Part shown: piece after piece, positions 8,797-18,677 of the stretch
Position numbering within the stretch: the stretch's first letter is position 1
How the letters are laid out: the number at the start of each line of letters is the position of its first letter
NCBI GenBank assembly: GCA_963844415.1
Contig: CAWJOA010000005.1
Coordinates: 412,876-476,875 of the forward strand
Length of the DNA: 64,000 nt
Direction of reading: 5' to 3'
Origin: an uncultured Chloroflexia bacterium
GTDB taxonomy: Bacteria; Chloroflexota; Limnocylindria; QHBO01
The notes under the pieces: model-generated
Databases searched by the model: none
Told to the model about the DNA's origin: nothing
The model's input: only the letters and a program-made list of their open reading frames with translations
Program-made: the position numbers and the translations under genes

Positions 8797-8818
8797 CGCG
8801 TATACACATATATACGCG
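8797..8818. promoter_or_regulatory. Second AT-rich palindrome, near-copy of 8433-8450
   Basis: CGCGTATA-cacata-TATACGCG. The 18-mer GCGTATACACATATATAC matches GCGTATATACCTATATAC at 16 of 18 positions. It lies 25 nt upstream of TAGAAT (8843-8848), followed by GTG 8858. Confidence 0.35.
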
Positions 8819-8857
8819 CGCGCCCAACACAGAACCACCCGCTAGAATGGCCCCTCC

Positions 8858-9301
8858 GTGACCGATGAGCTTCGTCACCGCACGCCCCTGCAGGTTCGCT
8901 TTCGCGACACCGATGCGTTCGGGCATGTCAACAACGCCGTCTTCTTCAGCTACATCGAGCTGGCCCGGATCCGGTACTTCCTCGACGTCCTCCGGCCGGA
9001 CGAGCCGTTCGAGCGGATGCCGCTGATCCTGGCACGTGTCGAGCTGGACTTCCGCTCGCCGATCATGTTCGGCGAGGAGGTCGAGGTGGAGACGCGGGTG
9101 GACCGCATCGGTCGATCCAGCATCGCGATGAGCCATCGGATGACGGCTGACGGCCGTCTCGTTGGCGAGTCGGAGTCGGTGCTCGTGACCTATGACTACG
9201 CGAACGCCAGGCCGATGCCCGTCCCCGACGCCTGGCGCGCGAAGTTCGCCGCCTACGAGGGTCGCGCCCTCGAGGCCGAACCAGCGGTTGCGGCCGGCTG
9301 A
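8858..9301 (+). CDS. Acyl-CoA thioesterase, hotdog fold (4HBT/YbgC-like)
   Basis: Track ORF. VRFRDTDAFGHVNNAVFFSYIELARIRYF is the typical 4HBT catalytic-Asp context. Confidence 0.8.
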   Translation: MTDELRHRTPLQVRFRDTDAFGHVNNAVFFSYIELARIRYFLDVLRPDEPFERMPLILARVELDFRSPIMFGEEVEVETRVDRIGRSSIAMSHRMTADGRLVGESESVLVTYDYANARPMPVPDAWRAKFAAYEGRALEAEPAVAAG

Positions 9302-10719
9302 TGGCGGATCCGCAGCGGTTCGACCTGCTCATCCTCGGCGGCGGCATGAGCTACGTCGGCGCCATCCGCGCCGCGCAGCTGGGCCTCAACGTGGGGCTGG
9401 TCGAGCGCGACAAGCTCGGCGGCACGTGCCTGAACCGTGGGTGCATCCCGTCGAAGGCGCTCCTGGAGACGGCCGACCTGCTGCACCGTGTGCAGGAGCA
9501 GGGCGGCGAGTTCGGCCTCTCCGGCCACGAAGGCATCGGTCTCGACTACGGGGCACTGGGCACGCGCCGCGACGCGGTGATCGACAAGCACGTGTCCGGC
9601 GTCGAGTTCCTGTTGAAGAAGAACAAGGTGACCGTGCTGCGCGGGAACGGGACGCTGACGGGTCCGACCAGCGTGCAGGTGGGCGGCGGGGAGTCCGGCG
9701 ACCTGGACGCGAGCGCAGACAACCTCATCCTCGCCACCGGCAGCGCGCCCCGCAGCCTCCCCGGCCTCGACGTCGACGGCCGCCTGATCATCACCAGTGA
9801 CGAGGCGCTGACGCGCGGCGACGTCCCCGGTCGCGTGGCGATCGTCGGCGCCGGCGCGATCGGTGTCGAGTGGGCGTCCATGTACCGCGACTTCGGGTCC
9901 GAGGTCACGCTCATCGAGTTCGCCGACCGAATCGTGCCGCTCGAGGACCCCGAGGTCGGCAAGGAGCTCGCGCGCGTCTTCCGCAAGCGCGGCATCACCT
10001 CCCACGTCGCGTCGACGATCGACACCGAAACCCTGAAGAAGGGCGAGGACGAGGTCAGCTTCCAGATCGCGACGAAGGACGGCTCGAAGCGGACCGACCT
10101 GACCGTCGACGTCATCCTCGTGGCCGTCGGCCGCCGCCCGCTCACCGAGAACATCGGCCTCGAGGCCATCGCCGGCGTCGAGGTCGACCGCGGCTACGTC
10201 ACGGTCGACGAGTTCATGCGGACCGGGGCGCCGAACCTGTACGCCATCGGCGACATCGTCCCCGGCTTCGCGCTGGCCCATGTCGCCAGCCACGAGGCGG
10301 TCGTCGCCGTCGAGCACATGACCGGCCACGACCCGGAGCCCGTGCGCATGGACCTCATGCCGCGGGTGACGTTCTGCCGGCCGCAGATCGCATCGGTCGG
10401 CTGGACCGAGGAGGAGGCGCAGGCGCAGGGTCGCGAGACCAAGTCCGGCTCGTTCCCGTTCCGGGCGCTCGGCAAGGCAACGATCGTCGGCGAGGTCGAC
10501 GGCTTCGCGAAGTTCGTGACCGATGCCGGCAGCGGCGAGCTGCTCGGCGCGCACATCATCGGCCCGCACGCGGGCGACCTCCTGGCGGAGCCGACGCTGG
10601 CCCGCCTGGTGCAGGGAACCGCAGCGGAGATCGCGATGAGCGTCCACGCTCATCCCACCCTGACCGAGGTCCTCGCCGAGGCCGCCCTCGCGGTCGACGG
10701 CGCGGCCATCCACGTGTAG
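9301..10719 (+). CDS. lpdA: Dihydrolipoyl dehydrogenase (E3)
   Basis: Track ORF. Motifs FDLLILGGGMSYVGAIRAAQLG and GGTCLNRGCIPSKALL (redox disulfide). The start overlaps the upstream stop (TGATG). Confidence 0.9.
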   Translation: MADPQRFDLLILGGGMSYVGAIRAAQLGLNVGLVERDKLGGTCLNRGCIPSKALLETADLLHRVQEQGGEFGLSGHEGIGLDYGALGTRRDAVIDKHVSGVEFLLKKNKVTVLRGNGTLTGPTSVQVGGGESGDLDASADNLILATGSAPRSLPGLDVDGRLIITSDEALTRGDVPGRVAIVGAGAIGVEWASMYRDFGSEVTLIEFADRIVPLEDPEVGKELARVFRKRGITSHVASTIDTETLKKGEDEVSFQIATKDGSKRTDLTVDVILVAVGRRPLTENIGLEAIAGVEVDRGYVTVDEFMRTGAPNLYAIGDIVPGFALAHVASHEAVVAVEHMTGHDPEPVRMDLMPRVTFCRPQIASVGWTEEEAQAQGRETKSGSFPFRALGKATIVGEVDGFAKFVTDAGSGELLGAHIIGPHAGDLLAEPTLARLVQGTAAEIAMSVHAHPTLTEVLAEAALAVDGAAIHV

Positions 10720-10737
10720 CAAGGAGGGACGGCAGCC

Positions 10738-11784
10738 GTGGCAAAGACCGATACGCGCCGCCGGCACGCCGAGCTCGGCCTCAGCGACGAGGACGTGCTC
10801 GGGATGTACCGCGCCATGCTGCTCGCCCGCGGCGTGGACGAGCGGATGTGGCTGATGCAGCGTGCCGGCAAGATCGCCTTCATCATCAGCGGCCAGGGGC
10901 ACGAGGGCGCGCAGGTCGCGACCGCCTGGCCGATGCGGCGCGGCACCGACTGGATGGCGCCGTACTACCGCTCGATCGCCTCGGCGATGACCTTCGGAAT
11001 GAGCGCCGAGGACATCATCACCGCCCACCTCGCCAAGGCCGACGACGTGTCATCCGGTGGACGGCAGATGCCCGGCCACTACGGCGGCGCGCCGTACAAC
11101 ATCGTCTCGCTGTCGTCGCCGGTCGGGACGCAGGTCCTCCATGCGGTCGGGATCGCGATGGGCGCCTGGGTCCGCGGCGACAGCGTCGTGGCCCAGACCT
11201 CCTTCGGCGAGGGCACCGCGAACCAGGGCGAGGTCCACGAGGCGATGAACTTCGCCGGCGTGCACAACCTGCCGGTCATCTTCATCTGCGAGAACAACGG
11301 CTACGCCATCTCCGTTCCGCTCGATCGCCAGGTGGCCGGTGGCTCGGTGGCGGCACGCGCGGAGGGCTACGGGATGCCGGGCGTCGTCGTCGACGGCGGG
11401 GACGTCCTCGCCTGCTACGCCGCCGCGAAGAAGGCCCACGACCGCGCGCTGCGCGGCGACGGCCCGACGCTGATCGAGGCGCAGGTCGTACGGCTGACGT
11501 CGCATTCGTCGGACGACGACCAGCGCCGGTACCGCGACCCGGGCGAGGTCGAGGCGCTCAAGGAGCGCGACCCGATCCCGATGTTCGCCAACGAGCTGCG
11601 AGCCGCGCGCGTCCTGACCGACGAGATCGACGAGCGCCTGAAGGCCGAGGTCAAGGCCGAGGTCAACGAGGCCTCGAAGCGCGCGGAGGCGCGGCCCGAG
11701 CCATCCGCCGACGACGCCCACGAGCGCGTCTACGCCGAGCCGATCCCCGGCGGCGGCACGGCCGTTCCACTGGAGGGCCACTGA
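10738..11784 (+). CDS. 2-oxoacid dehydrogenase E1 alpha subunit (BCKDH/PDH heterotetrameric type, TPP-binding)
   Basis: Track ORF. Motifs GQGHEGAQVA and FGEGTANQGEVHEAMNFAGVHNLPVIFICENNGYAIS. Confidence 0.9.
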   Translation: MAKTDTRRRHAELGLSDEDVLGMYRAMLLARGVDERMWLMQRAGKIAFIISGQGHEGAQVATAWPMRRGTDWMAPYYRSIASAMTFGMSAEDIITAHLAKADDVSSGGRQMPGHYGGAPYNIVSLSSPVGTQVLHAVGIAMGAWVRGDSVVAQTSFGEGTANQGEVHEAMNFAGVHNLPVIFICENNGYAISVPLDRQVAGGSVAARAEGYGMPGVVVDGGDVLACYAAAKKAHDRALRGDGPTLIEAQVVRLTSHSSDDDQRRYRDPGEVEALKERDPIPMFANELRAARVLTDEIDERLKAEVKAEVNEASKRAEARPEPSADDAHERVYAEPIPGGGTAVPLEGH

Positions 11785-12770
11785 TGGCCGAGCTCAACAT
11801 CCTCGAGGCGATCCGCTCGGCGATGGACGAGGAGATGGAGCGCGACGAGCGGGTCATGGTCCTGGGCGAGGACGTCGGCAAGAAGGGCGGCGTCTTCGGC
11901 GCCACCGAGGGGCTGTGGGCGAAGTACGGCGACAAGCGAGTGCTCGACACGCCGCTCACCGAGGGCATGATCGCCGGCGCCGCGATGGGCGCCGCGGTCT
12001 ACGGCCTGCGTCCGATCGCCGAGATGCAGTTCGCCGACTTCGTCTATCCCGGCTTCAACCAGATCGTGTCGGAGATCAGCCGGATCCACTACCGATCGAA
12101 CGGCACGTTCTCCGCACCGATGGTCATCCGCATGCCGTACGGCGGCGGCGTCCACGGCGCGCTGTACCACTCGCAGTCGAACGAGGCGTACTTCACCTCC
12201 ACGGTTGGGCTGAAGGTCGTCGCACCCGGCACGCCGGCCGACGCGAAGGGCCTGCTGAAGGCCGCCGTCCGCGACCCCGACCCGGTGATGTTCTTCGAGC
12301 ACAAGAAGACGTATCGGCTCTTCAAGGCCGAGGTTCCCGACGGCGACACGGTCGTGCCGATCGGCAAGGCGTCGGTGGCCCGCGAGGGCACGCACCTGTC
12401 GATCTTCTGCTACGGCTACATGCGCGTCTGCGCGCTCGAGGCGGCCGAGACCCTCGCGCGCGAGGACGGCGTCGAGGCGGAGGTCGTCGACCTGCGCACG
12501 CTCCGTCCGCTCGACCTCGAGACGGTGCTCGCGTCGGTCGCCAAGACGGGCAAGGCGCTCGTCGTCCACGAGGCGAACCGCTTCGGCGGATTCGGCGCCG
12601 AGATCGCCGCGGAGATCGGCGAGAAGGGCTTCGAGCACCTCGACGGCCCGGTCACCCGCCTCGCCGGACCCGACGTCCCCGGCGTGCCGTATCACCACAA
12701 TCTCGAGGACTGGTTCATGATCGGTCCCGACCGAATCGTCGCCGCTGCGCGTCAGCTGGCCTCCTACTGA
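11784..12770 (+). CDS. 2-oxoacid dehydrogenase E1 beta subunit
   Basis: ATG 11784 overlaps the E1alpha stop. MAELNILEAIRSAMDEEMERDERVMVLGEDVG...DTPLTEGMIAG, found inside track ORF 9870..12770. Confidence 0.9.
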   Translation: MAELNILEAIRSAMDEEMERDERVMVLGEDVGKKGGVFGATEGLWAKYGDKRVLDTPLTEGMIAGAAMGAAVYGLRPIAEMQFADFVYPGFNQIVSEISRIHYRSNGTFSAPMVIRMPYGGGVHGALYHSQSNEAYFTSTVGLKVVAPGTPADAKGLLKAAVRDPDPVMFFEHKKTYRLFKAEVPDGDTVVPIGKASVAREGTHLSIFCYGYMRVCALEAAETLAREDGVEAEVVDLRTLRPLDLETVLASVAKTGKALVVHEANRFGGFGAEIAAEIGEKGFEHLDGPVTRLAGPDVPGVPYHHNLEDWFMIGPDRIVAAARQLASY

Positions 12771-12844
12771 CCGATCCCGACCTGCCTGCCACAATCACGA
12801 AGACACGACCGAGACGAAGCGACCGCGAGAGAGGCTCCGAACCG

Positions 12845-14322
12845 ATGGCAACGACGATCAAGATGCCCCAGCTGGGCGAGTCGGTCACCGAAGGCACGAT
12901 CGAGCGCTGGCTCGTCAAGGAAGGTGACACCGTCGAGCAGTACGACCCGCTGTTCGAGGTCGTCACCGACAAGGTGAACGCCGAGGTGCCTGCCGAGGTC
13001 GGCGGGACGATCGCGAAGATCCTCGTCCCCGACGGCGAGACGGTTGCGGTCGGCACGCCGGTCGCCGAAATCGACGCCGAGGGCGGCGCGGCCGCCGCCG
13101 AGGAGCCGGCGGCCGAGGCCCGGCGGCCGAGGCTCCGGCGGCTGAACCGCCCGCCGAAGAGCCGCCGCAGCCCGAAGCGGCCCCAGCGGCCGTCGAGGAG
13201 CAGGAGCAGCAGCCCGAACCGGCACCCGCCGCCCCCGAGGCCGCGCCCGCTCCGGAGCCGCCCGCGCAGCCCGAGGCTCAGCCGGTCGCCGCCCAGGAGC
13301 CGGCACAGCCGAGCGGTGGCAACGGCGCCGCGGCGGCGCGGATGACGCCCGCGGTGCGCCGGCTCGTCCGCGAGCACGACATCGACGTTGCCCAGCTCTC
13401 GGGCAGCGGTGCCGGCGGCCGCGTGACCCGTGACGACGTCCTCGCCTTCATCGACAAGGGCGCTCCGGCGTCCGGATCGGCGGCTCCGGCTCCCGCCGAG
13501 CAGCCACCGGCTGCCGAGGCTCCGCCTCCGACCCCGGCTCCGGCGCAGCCGCAGGCCGCGGCCGCGGCGCCGGCAGCGCGGCCGGCGCCGCCATCGGTCC
13601 CGGCCCCGTCCGGCGGCGATGTCGAGCTGCCGCTGACGCAGATGCGCAAGGGCATCGCGAAGAAGATGACCCAGGTCAAGCAGACCGTCCCCCATGCCTA
13701 CACGGTGGTCGAGGTCGACATGACCAACGTCGTGAAGTGGCGCGAGGCCAACAACATGGCCTTCAAGGCGCGCGAGGGTGCGGCCCTGTCCTACGTCGCC
13801 GTCGTCGTGAAGGCCGTGACCGAGACGCTGCGCAAGCACCCGACGCTGAACAGCCAGTTCGCCGACGACAAGATCATCCTCAAGCAGGCGATGAACATCG
13901 GGATCGCGGTCGCCGTCGACAACGGGCTGATCGTGCCGGTCATCGCGAACGCCGACCAGCTCTCGATCAGCGGCGTGAACGCGCGGATCCGCGACATCTC
14001 CAGCCGCGCGCAGGGCGGCAAGCTCCGGCTCGACGAGCTCCAGGGCGGCACGTTCACGGTGAACAACACCGGCTGGTTCGGGTCGGTCGTGAGCATGCCG
14101 ATCATCAATGCGCCGGAGGTCGCGATCCTGTCGATGGAGGCGATCGTGAAGCGGCCGCGGGTCATGGAGATCGACGGCGCGGACGTCATCGCCATCCGCC
14201 ACATGATGAACATGACCTGCTCGTTCGATCACCGCGTGCTCGACGGTGCGCAGGTCGGGTTCTTCCTGGCCGACGTCCGCACGTTCCTCGAGGAGTGGGA
14301 CGCCAACACGCCGATCGGGTAG
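12845..14322 (+). CDS. Dihydrolipoamide acyltransferase (E2): lipoyl domain, linker, PSBD, catalytic domain; frame broken in the linker
   Basis: The lipoyl domain MATTIKMPQLGESVTEGTIERWLVKEGD...VVTDKVNAEV starts at ATG 12845. PSBD (TPAVRRLVREHDIDVAQLSGSGAGGRVTRDDV) and the catalytic core (SFDHRVLDGAQ) lie in track ORF 13342..14322. The frame switches at 13106-13133. Confidence 0.85.
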
Positions 14323-14340
14323 GGATCGCGGAGGTGGCGG

Positions 14341-14574
14341 CTACCGCGCGGGCGCGTCCTCGTCCCCCCGGAGGCGCTTGACCGCCGGGATCCACGCCAG
14401 CGCGCCCATCGCCTGGAGCGCGACCCAGACGAGGAGCAAGATGCCCGGCACGCCAAGCGTGGCCGCCGGCATGCTCCAGATCTCGATGCCGGCGAGCAGG
14501 TCGATCTCCGCCGCGCCGAGGTCGAGCTGCGGCTCGTCGAACGCGACGCGCGGGGCGGCGTTCTCAACCGGCAC
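14341..14574 (-). CDS. Small membrane protein, 77 aa (hypothetical)
   Basis: GTG 14574 is preceded by GGAGGAG 5 nt upstream. C-terminal TM segment GVPGILLLVWVALQAMGALAWIP. It is the tail of track ORF 14341..15162(-). Confidence 0.35.
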   Translation of the reverse strand: MPVENAAPRVAFDEPQLDLGAAEIDLLAGIEIWSMPAATLGVPGILLLVWVALQAMGALAWIPAVKRLRGDEDAPAR

Positions 14575-14639
14575 GGCCGCTCCTCCACCCTGCCCCGCCC
14601 CGGCGCACCGAGCCGAGAACCATGGGACCCCCCGGTACT

Positions 14640-15362
14640 TCAGGCGGCCGGCCGGCCCTCGCGAAATGCCGCCATCAGCGCGTCGCCGGCGGGGAGGTAC
14701 TTGACCGCCTCGCGCATCGTGACCCCGCTGGCCCGGTCCGTCCGCGGGGCGAGCCAGGCCGACACCTCGTCCGGCCGCCGCTTTCCTGCCTCGCGCAGGA
14801 CCCAGCCGATCGCCTTGCGGATGAAGAACTCGCGTTCGGCGAGCATCGGGTCGGCGCGCGCGAGGAACCGATCGAGTGGCGCGCCGGCGCGGATCGGCCG
14901 CAGCTCGCAGAGCAGCGACGAGCGGCGCACCCAGAAGTCGTCGTCGGTCGCCCATCGGTCCATGGCAGGCGTCATCCGCTCGGGGTCGGCGATGACCATG
15001 CGCCCGAGCACGTCTCCGGCGAGATAGTCGACGAGCGCCCACGTGCGCGACTCGCGCACGAGCCGCTCGAGGAGCGGCAGGTCCGCAACCGTCACCAGGC
15101 GGGGGTGGCGCTGGAGGAAGATCGTCGCCGCCAGGCGGCGCTCGAACACCGGTTTCGACCACAGCGCCTCCACCAGCGTCAGCAGGGCGTCGTGATCCAG
15201 CGACAGTTCGTCGTCGAGCCGCTTCACCTCCGCGCGCGTGTCGGTCACCATCGTCCCGGTGAAGTCGAGGTCGCTCTTGAGGTAGGCCCTCTCGCCTTCG
15301 GCGCGATGCGCGGTGCCGATGGCGCGGAGCGACGCCTCGAGCCGGTCGGCGATGTCGCGCAT
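14640..15362 (-). CDS. DNA alkylation repair protein (AlkD-like HEAT-repeat glycosylase family)
   Basis: Track ORF. Motifs RAYLKSDLDFTGT, DFWVRRSSLL, REFFIRKAIGWVLRE. TAGGAT-N6-ATG precedes the start. Confidence 0.75.
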   Translation of the reverse strand: MRDIADRLEASLRAIGTAHRAEGERAYLKSDLDFTGTMVTDTRAEVKRLDDELSLDHDALLTLVEALWSKPVFERRLAATIFLQRHPRLVTVADLPLLERLVRESRTWALVDYLAGDVLGRMVIADPERMTPAMDRWATDDDFWVRRSSLLCELRPIRAGAPLDRFLARADPMLAEREFFIRKAIGWVLREAGKRRPDEVSAWLAPRTDRASGVTMREAVKYLPAGDALMAAFREGRPAA

Positions 15363-15398
15363 CGGCGCATCCTACGGCCGAGTCGCTAGACTTTTCGC

Positions 15399-16460
15399 AT
15401 GGCCCTCGACACGCCGCGACCCGATTTCAGCTCGCTCGGCGAGCTGAACGTGGTCTCGAACCCAGAGAGCGGGGGCCACGCGTCGCCGTCCGAGGTGATG
15501 TATCCGGGCGGCCCCCAGACCGATGGCGGCCTCCTCGCCGCCGGCGACCCGGTGCCGGAAAATGCCGGGCCGGGTGGGCGACGGCCGGAGTGGCTGAAGG
15601 TCCGCATCGGTGCCGGTTCGACATTTGCGAACACGAAGCACGTCCTCCGCGACGAGGCGCTGAACACCGTCTGCGAGGAGGCGCGCTGCCCGAACATCGG
15701 CGAGTGCTGGGCGCTGGGCACGGCGACGTTCATGATCCTCGGCTCGGTGTGCACGCGGAACTGCGGGTTCTGCGCGATCGACACCGGCCGGCCGCCGATC
15801 ACCGACCACGACGAGCCGCGACGCGTGGCCGAGGCGACGAAGCTCATGGGCCTGCAGCACGTCGTCGTCACGATGGTCGCCCGCGACGATCTCCCGGACG
15901 GCGGGGCGCGCATGGTCGCCGAGACGATCCGTCAGATCCGGCTCGAGAACGCCGGGACGAGCATCGAGGTGCTGATCAGCGACCTGAACGGCCGCCCGAA
16001 CGACATCCGCACCGTCGTCGAGGCCCAGCCCGACATCCTCAACCACAACGTCGAGACGGTCCCCCGCCTCCAGAAGGCCGTCCGGCGGCGCGCGCGCTGG
16101 GATCGGTCCGTGTCGGTGCTGACGCAGGGGCGCGAGGTCGCGGCCGAGATCGGCTTCGACGAGATGGTCACGAAGACCGGGATCATGCTCGGGCTCGGCG
16201 AGACCTGGGACGAGATCGTCGACGCCATGCGCCTGCTGCGTGCGGCCGACGTCGACGTCCTCACGATCGGCCAGTACCTGCGCCCGTCCCGCCAGCACCT
16301 GCCGCTGGTGAAGTACTACACCCCGGCCGAGTTCATGGCGCTGCGCCGGATCGGACTGGAGATGGGCTTCAAGCACGTCCAGTCCGGGCCGCTGGTGCGC
16401 TCCTCCTACCACGCCGCCGAGCAGGTCCCCGGGGCTGCCGCGGCCGCCGCGGCGGTCTGA
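15399..16460 (+). CDS. lipA: Lipoyl synthase
   Basis: Track ORF. Motifs CEEARCPNIGEC and CTRNCGFC (two Fe-S clusters). TAGACT-N6-ATG precedes the start. Confidence 0.95.
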   Translation: MALDTPRPDFSSLGELNVVSNPESGGHASPSEVMYPGGPQTDGGLLAAGDPVPENAGPGGRRPEWLKVRIGAGSTFANTKHVLRDEALNTVCEEARCPNIGECWALGTATFMILGSVCTRNCGFCAIDTGRPPITDHDEPRRVAEATKLMGLQHVVVTMVARDDLPDGGARMVAETIRQIRLENAGTSIEVLISDLNGRPNDIRTVVEAQPDILNHNVETVPRLQKAVRRRARWDRSVSVLTQGREVAAEIGFDEMVTKTGIMLGLGETWDEIVDAMRLLRAADVDVLTIGQYLRPSRQHLPLVKYYTPAEFMALRRIGLEMGFKHVQSGPLVRSSYHAAEQVPGAAAAAAAV

Positions 16461-16502
16461 GCTGGGTTTCCGCCAGATTCAGATGACCGTCGCAGTGGAC
16501 CG

Positions 16503-17312
16503 ATGACGACCTTCCGCGACATCAGCACGCCACAGCCGCCTACGGAGACCGAGCCGCGGCGCCCAGATCGCGACGCGCCGCACCGACCGGCGAGCAACGA
16601 GCACCCGCTGCTCCTCGGTCACGGCGGCGTGCTCACCGTCGACCGGCTCGGGACCGTCGCGTACCGCCCGACCTGGGAGCTCCAGGACGAGCTCGCCGAG
16701 CAGCGACGCGGCCGAAGGATCGGCGACCGGCTGCTGCTCGTCGAGCATTTCCCCGTCTACACGATTGGCCGCGGCGGCAACGAGTCGAACCTGCTGGCGA
16801 CGCCGGAGCGGCTGCGTGAGATCGGCGCCGAACTGATCCGCGTGGACCGCGGCGGCGACATCACGTTCCACGGGCCGGGCCAGATCGTGGCCTACCCGAT
16901 CGTCGAGCTGAAGGACGCGCTCGACCTGCGCCGCTACGTCCGCACCCTCGAGGCGGCGGTGATCGAGACCGCCGGCACCTTCGGCGTCGCGGCCGCGCCC
17001 CTGGAGGGCCATCCCGGCATCTGGGTCGACGGCGAGCGGAAGCTGGCCGCGATCGGGGTGCGGGTGAAGCGCGGCGTGACGACCCACGGCCTCGCGCTGA
17101 ACGTCAACACCGACCTGCGCTGGTTCGACGAGATGATCCCGTGCGGCATCCCCGACAAGTCCGTCACGACCCTGGCCCGGGAGCGCGGACAGTCGCTGCC
17201 GACCGCCGAGGTCGAGGACGAGCTCGCGCGTCAGCTGGCCGCGCACCTGGGCCTTCGTCTCACCGATGGTGCGCACGGCGTCATCGGTCCCGGAGGCGGA
17301 CGCGAGCAGTGA
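16503..17312 (+). CDS. lipB: Lipoyl(octanoyl) transferase
   Basis: Track ORF. Motifs RGGDITFHGPGQIVAYPI, KLAAIGVRVKRGVTTHGLALNV, IPCGI. The true start may lie downstream of 16503. Confidence 0.9.
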   Translation: MTTFRDISTPQPPTETEPRRPDRDAPHRPASNEHPLLLGHGGVLTVDRLGTVAYRPTWELQDELAEQRRGRRIGDRLLLVEHFPVYTIGRGGNESNLLATPERLREIGAELIRVDRGGDITFHGPGQIVAYPIVELKDALDLRRYVRTLEAAVIETAGTFGVAAAPLEGHPGIWVDGERKLAAIGVRVKRGVTTHGLALNVNTDLRWFDEMIPCGIPDKSVTTLARERGQSLPTAEVEDELARQLAAHLGLRLTDGAHGVIGPGGGREQ

Positions 17313-17374
17313 CCGACGAGGCCATCGTCGAGCACAACGGCGTCCCGGCCGAGGACGCCGCACACGGCGTGCGG

Positions 17375-18011
17375 ATGGAGGTCGGGGCGTTCGGGCCGTG
17401 GGAGACGAACGCCTATCTCGTCTGGGACGGCCGGTCGTCCGAGGCGCTCGTCGTCGATCCGGGCATGGGCGCCGCGGCAGCCGCTGATGGAGCGCGCGGA
17501 GGCGAACGGGCTGCGCCTGCATCTCATCGCGAACTCGCACGGGCACATCGACCACATCTTCGACAACGCCCCGTTGATGGCGGCCTCGAAGGCTCCGCTG
17601 GCGATCCATCCCGACGACGCGTATCGGCTCGACGGTCGCAACACGTACGGCTTCGAGATGACGCCGGTGCAAGCCGGCCGCGACCTCACCGAACGCGAGC
17701 AGATCCGCATCGGTGACCTCGTCTTCGATGTGCTCCACACGCCGGGCCACACCGAGGGATCGGTCTGCCTGTACGAGGAGCGCCACGGGCTGCTCCTGGC
17801 CGGCGACGTCCTGTTCGCCGGCAGCTACGGCCGGACCGATCTCCCCGGCGGCAACGACGAGCAGATGGTGGCGTCGCTCGCGCGCCTGGCGCGCGAGATC
17901 CCGCCAGCCGTCCGCGTCCTGCCCGGGCACGGCGTCGAGACGACGATCGGTCGCGAGCTCGCCTGGATGGTCCGGATCGCGGAGGCAGGCCGGCTGCTCG
18001 CTCCGAGCTGA
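17375..18011 (+). CDS. MBL-fold metallo-hydrolase (glyoxalase II-like), frame broken once
   Basis: MEVGAFGPWETNAYLVWDGRSSEALVVDPGMGAAAA lies in the frame of track ORF 17141..17716. It continues as LMERAEANGLRLHLIANSHGHIDHIF...HTPGHTEGS in track ORF 17487..18011. The break is near 17465-17490. Confidence 0.75.
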
Positions 18012-18131
18012 GCTCCTCCTGCCCTGTTCCGCGTCGCTCCGTCCCACCGGGCGTGTCTGGTTCTGGTCTTCCCGTGCGTTGTGAGTGGTGACGGCAGCTC
18101 AACTACGCTGCCGACCTCGGAGGTCAATCGC

Positions 18132-18677
18132 ATGAGGGTGTCGATCTTGGACGCGGACCATGAACTGGGCGCCGTCGGGACCGACCCCGTCCGGCTCGTG
18201 CCGTCGTCGTTTGCGCCGATGTACGAGGCACACCGCCTCAGTGTCTACCGGTACCTGCGTGCGAAGACCTCGAGCGACGACGAGGCGCTCGACCTGACAG
18301 CGGTGACCTTCGAGCGAGCCTTCGCCAACCACCGCCGCTTCCGGCGGCGCGACGGCGGGGTCCATGCCTGGCTCCTGCGGATCGCACGGAACGCCGCAAT
18401 CGACGCAAACCGTCGCCGCCGACCGACGATCGACCTCGCAGGAGCAGATGCCCATCTGGGCCGCCGCGCCGTCGAGGCGGACCGCCTGGCCCAACAGAAC
18501 GCCGAGGTGCTCGATCTCGTCGGGCGGCTTCCCGACGACCAGCGTGACGCCCTCCTCCTGCGGTATGCGGGCGGACTGACGGCCCGAGAGATCGGCATCG
18601 TCATGGGCAAGCGTGAATCAGCCGTTCAGAAGCAGATCGAGCGCGGGCTTGCCGCGCTCCGGGAGGCAATTCGATGA
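18132..18677 (+). CDS. ECF-type RNA polymerase sigma factor
   Basis: Track ORF 18081..18677. ATG 18132 follows GGAGG by 8 nt. Region 2: VYRYLRAKTSSDDEALDLTAVTFERAF. Region 4: LPDDQRDALLLRYAGGLTAREIG. Confidence 0.85.
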   Translation: MRVSILDADHELGAVGTDPVRLVPSSFAPMYEAHRLSVYRYLRAKTSSDDEALDLTAVTFERAFANHRRFRRRDGGVHAWLLRIARNAAIDANRRRRPTIDLAGADAHLGRRAVEADRLAQQNAEVLDLVGRLPDDQRDALLLRYAGGLTAREIGIVMGKRESAVQKQIERGLAALREAIR

